Shown piece by piece: positions 62,401 through 64,000 of a stretch of 64,000 bases of DNA (the first letter of the stretch is position 1; every line of letters starts with the position of its first letter). The translations under genes and the position numbers were made by a program. Source of the DNA: Nemertoderma westbladi (lineage: Eukaryota > Animalia > Xenacoelomorpha); NCBI GenBank assembly GCA_032718475.1, contig JAUCBJ010007223.1, positions 1-64,000 of the forward strand, given 5' to 3'. The notes under the pieces are model-generated. The model saw only the letters and a program-made list of their open reading frames with translations. It had not been told where the DNA came from and did no database searches.

Positions 62401-62746
62401 CCGGAATGGGTTCAATTAGGTGAGTACCGGAATGGGTTGTGTACCGGTACTGTATAAATTGTTAATATACCGGGAAAGTATTATACTTCAACCGACCAAT
62501 ATATTCACTTTTATCGCTGATGATTTACAATTTTAACATTTATAAGTTTCTAAATTTATTTGGTTATGCGTTTTGTCAGGTTTTAACTCTTAGTGATTTC
62601 TTACTTTAGAGCTGGACGTGGTTCCAGACGTTACCCCTAGGGGGCGTACCACACCTTTCGGAGAGGGCGATGAAAGCTTGAAGGAGTTAGTCATTAACGA
62701 CAATCACCAAGTCTATTCCGAATACATTGTTTACTACCAACATTGA
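36818..62746 (+). CDS. Spliced gene (~660 aa visible): B-box1, B-box2, coiled coil, filamin/Ig-like and PARP-like ADP-ribosyltransferase domains; the 5' end may be incomplete
   Basis: Exons 36818-36945, 40885-41008, 41218-41753, 42434-42604, 42812-42986, 43316-43467, 43650-43842, 44200-44319, 44529-44684, 51987-52070, 62610-62746. All introns are GT-AG with matching phases. Motifs: CIDC..CEEC..H..H; CDIH..CTTC..CPAC..H..H; NNDGSF..GPY; EYQRVQQLF, IKRLQNPELF, MFH..I...GF, GIRF, VCRI, ELVINDNHQVYSEYIVYY*. AATAAA at 62892. Confidence 0.85.
36917..40745 (+). repeat. 35/39-bp minisatellite (~100 units) spanning the exon 1 end and its splice donor
   Basis: Unit GTTGGAGAGTGGACAGATAGGGAT(GGAT)GCCCAG|GTAAG or |GTATG; the first unit is the coding end of the B-box1 exon. 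Confidence 0.95.
41931..42111. mobile_element. Hairpin-type MITE (~180 bp) in an intron
   Basis: AAAGAATCGTTT...GCAAATATTCCATTTTAATAAC...ATATAAATTT is mirrored by its reverse complement at 42055..42111. Confidence 0.65.
46617..50237 (+). CDS. Reverse transcriptase with restriction-like endonuclease (1206 aa from the first ATG)
   Basis: N-terminal Cys cluster; AAGPSG, VRPIGIGEVLRR, DATNAFN, GSTQGDP, WFADD; zinc knuckle CACG...HVLSC; RHNEIRD; RLDV...FIDVSV and K-x2-KY of the RLE. Confidence 0.92.
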   Translation: MVCCGCSNSKSGRRCQRCVCAVEGRQCSSCAPGRNGNCANGGQTSSSQPLPSTYGAIPVASEGSLSQPVDSGTPDSGDEGDDDDTDWHDTLVDFDTTLTESTSNEAITPFKPNQASVVDPLVDPASVVGPLVPPASVVGPQVPPASVVGPLVPPAPVVGPLVPPASVVDRLVPPASVVGPQVPPASVVGPLVPPAPVVGPLVPPASVVDRLVPSAPVVGPLVPPAPVVGLLAPPASGISPLVPPTGSSVGPAPLAGPSCVTGSTEVTWAHVKLPKQHIEKSIADAYGVIVHWRPNLFLVPQGAGGRAFVAEMCRILVLATTNNVLQEVSLTALLLMPALLLQKPGRSSTTAIHRRILERRLESWKAGNFNELLIEARAIQSHLPKLRQFESQEVMRQKTFVRHMLTGNVSAATRCLRDLTRGKPLRLDDTFTDKDGATKVVRDVLREKHPAAKPADESVLLTEFDRAPEFHNVVFERLDGPCIQSCLLRMKGNAAGPSGLDVQGWKHLLTRFRNPSAELCERIADLAKRLAQVVVPPGSLSALLSSRLLALDKNPGVRPIGIGEVLRRVIGKATVLCISPDLQAVGGSVQMCLGQKAGIEHAIHSLNDSFASEDCDGILQIDATNAFNVLNRSAALHSIGLVCPALHTIVTNCYSEPARLFVGGETLYSEEGSTQGDPVAMPMFGCGITPLLDELDRGCDVEQKWFADDGNAGGRLGELRKFFDIACSRGPLYGYYPSKCVLTVKPDKLVEAEALFANTIVTIDTTGNKLLGGVIGTEEFCSSYVEEKVDEFAEEVDRLAEIAALDPHCAYAGLAFGLSCRWRFLTRVIPNATEHFGKLEETVQRFIAKLLDRPSLSAVERQLVSLPTRDGGLGIPVPSDLETQYDHSRRVCEPFADAESMAAVRTEQRRIVTEVKAESVTSSRTKREQVYAQLPTDQRKLCELTTEKGASAWLNSKPLTLQVTHLSKEEFRDAVCLRYGWCPKNLPSRCACGARFSATHVLSCPTGGFPSIRHNEIRDFVANSLTEVAYSVAVEPMLQPLSGETFTHRTTSTDQQARLDVSVSGFWGNRFQRSFIDVSVFNPLAATNAAMSLDAAHLHHENRKILKYEERIREVEHSTFVPLIFSAFGGMAPTTRQFVKRLGQKLADKREVRYSECVTWIRRKLNFALLRSSLLCLRGCRSASKRPVHCPVSDASIRLDNADTEP
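46960..47350 (+). repeat. 30-bp coding tandem repeat (PASVVGPLVP) in the RLE element ORF
   Basis: About 12-13 decapeptide units, with a 120-bp four-unit block duplicated. Confidence 0.9.
52064..62438 (+). repeat. 26-bp satellite CAATTAG|GTGAGTACCGGAATGGGTT (~399 units) spanning the exon 10 end and its splice donor
   Basis: 10,375-bp array; the first unit begins with the last 7 nt of exon 51987..52070. Confidence 0.97.
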
Positions 62747-63065
62747 AGACTCTATGGGTTGACTCGTATTTGCGTAGAGAACCCACCCCCTCCTCATTAC
62801 GGAGTTGAGTTAACAGGAAAAATAGTCATGTAGTCTGCTGTACAGTAATTATTATATATATATATACTTTACAATATATTTCAATTTTCTTAATAAATTA
62901 GCTATGTTAAATTTATTTCCTTTACTTTGATTTTATATTAAAGTGCGAATAGTTTTTAATAGAGGAGAGAATCTCATAAAGTGCTATGTTATGATTTGTA
63001 GTATCTCTCTGGATACTCACCAGTCGTATAAAGTTCTACATTATGTAGGGCCTACAACCTCTTAA

Positions 63066-63448
63066 GGCCTGTTTACACGTGGCAACTTTTAGAGCAACTT
63101 TCTCGGCAACTAGCAACTTTTTTTGGAGCAACTTAATTTAATCGCTGTTTACACGTGGCAACTTTACCAGCAACTTTATCAGCAACTTGGCCGGCAACTT
63201 TTAGAGCAACTTGGCTAGTTTGACTGTAAAATAGTGGGTCATTTTATCTACTAGCTAGTTTTTGATAATTTAATTTGATTATCCCGCTTTAATTCGCCAA
63301 CGCAAATTCCTTCAAGTTGCCGTAAAAGTTGAGCAACTTTTACAGCAACTTTTTTACGTGTTTACACGGAGCAACTTGATCGGCAACCTGGGTTGCTCTA
63401 CAAGTTGCCGAGAAAGTTGCTCTAAAAGTTGCCACGTGTAAACAGGCC
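63066..63448. mobile_element. MITE (383 bp), TTAA-flanked (Kolobok or PIF/Harbinger-like)
   Basis: ~45-bp TIRs GGCCTGTTTACACGTGGCAACTTTTAGAGCAACTTTCTCGGCAACT; internal GCAACTT repeats; TTAA on both sides. Confidence 0.88.
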
Positions 63449-64000
63449 TTAATACCTGAGGAGTTAAATTTGTCTTTAAAGTAGTTTTTTTATTTGGTGC
63501 CTCTGTTGTACTGGTTCATTGGTCACGTATACCAGTAGTGGTACATCAATAATAATAGTTGTAGACCTACAGTACAGTAGACGATACAGTTCTACAGATT
63601 ATGTGACTTCATTATTTTTACAAGTTGTTTAGATATGATTTACCTATTTAATGAACATAATTAGTATTTTGATTTTATAAACTTTATTATCAACTGAATT
63701 TCAAATGAAGGCCTATGTACGCCCAATAGATAACCACTTCATTGTTTATACCATTAGGCTACTAAGTCATTATTATAGTATAAATTTTGTTATGAAGGTG
63801 TGACACAAACCTGGAATTTTTTCAAAGCATGGTTTCAAATTTGAATTTAAATTCGGAATTTGAAATATGCCTTCATAATCTCCGAATCTCGTCATGGATT
63901 ACTTTTATACCCTTGGCATAATTTCAAACACATTGCGATTAAACGTTAGTTTTCGTTATTTAATACGTCCAGCAATGTATTTACTTAGTTAAACAAACCT

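Noticed and set aside
52064-62438. CRISPR array or telomeric repeat interpretation
   Set aside because: Units are head-to-tail with no unique spacers and no cas genes, and the array is flanked by exons of a spliced gene.

Overview
Repeat-rich eukaryotic (probably invertebrate animal) genomic DNA; no prokaryotic genes, CRISPR or RNA genes are supportable. 1-29.5 kb: two related BEL/Pao LTR retrotransposons lie head-to-head. Copy 1 (minus strand, 1..8300) has an open gag-pol frame running off the window edge. Copy 2 (plus strand, 9305..29480) is a Gag-protease deletion derivative carrying a nested CR1/L2-group LINE with a 2A peptide, a hAT MITE and a 2.8-kb insert in its 5' LTR. Both copies lack a tRNA PBS. 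Instead, the bases just after the 5' LTR are complementary to a site inside the LTR, with compensatory changes between the copies, which suggests Tf1-like self-priming in a BEL/Pao lineage. 29.5-36.7 kb: LINE remnants, MITEs, a Foldback/Mutator-like element and a small PAN-like secreted ORF. 36.8-62.7 kb: an 11-exon gene, reconstructed by hand with consistent phases, encoding B-box/B-box/coiled-coil/filamin-like/PARP-like domains. Its introns hold three satellites (35/39, 17 and 26 bp). Two of them are tandem amplifications of an exon-intron junction, giving hundreds of 5' splice sites; the third hosts an apparently intact CRE-like RLE retrotransposon with a poly(A) tail.
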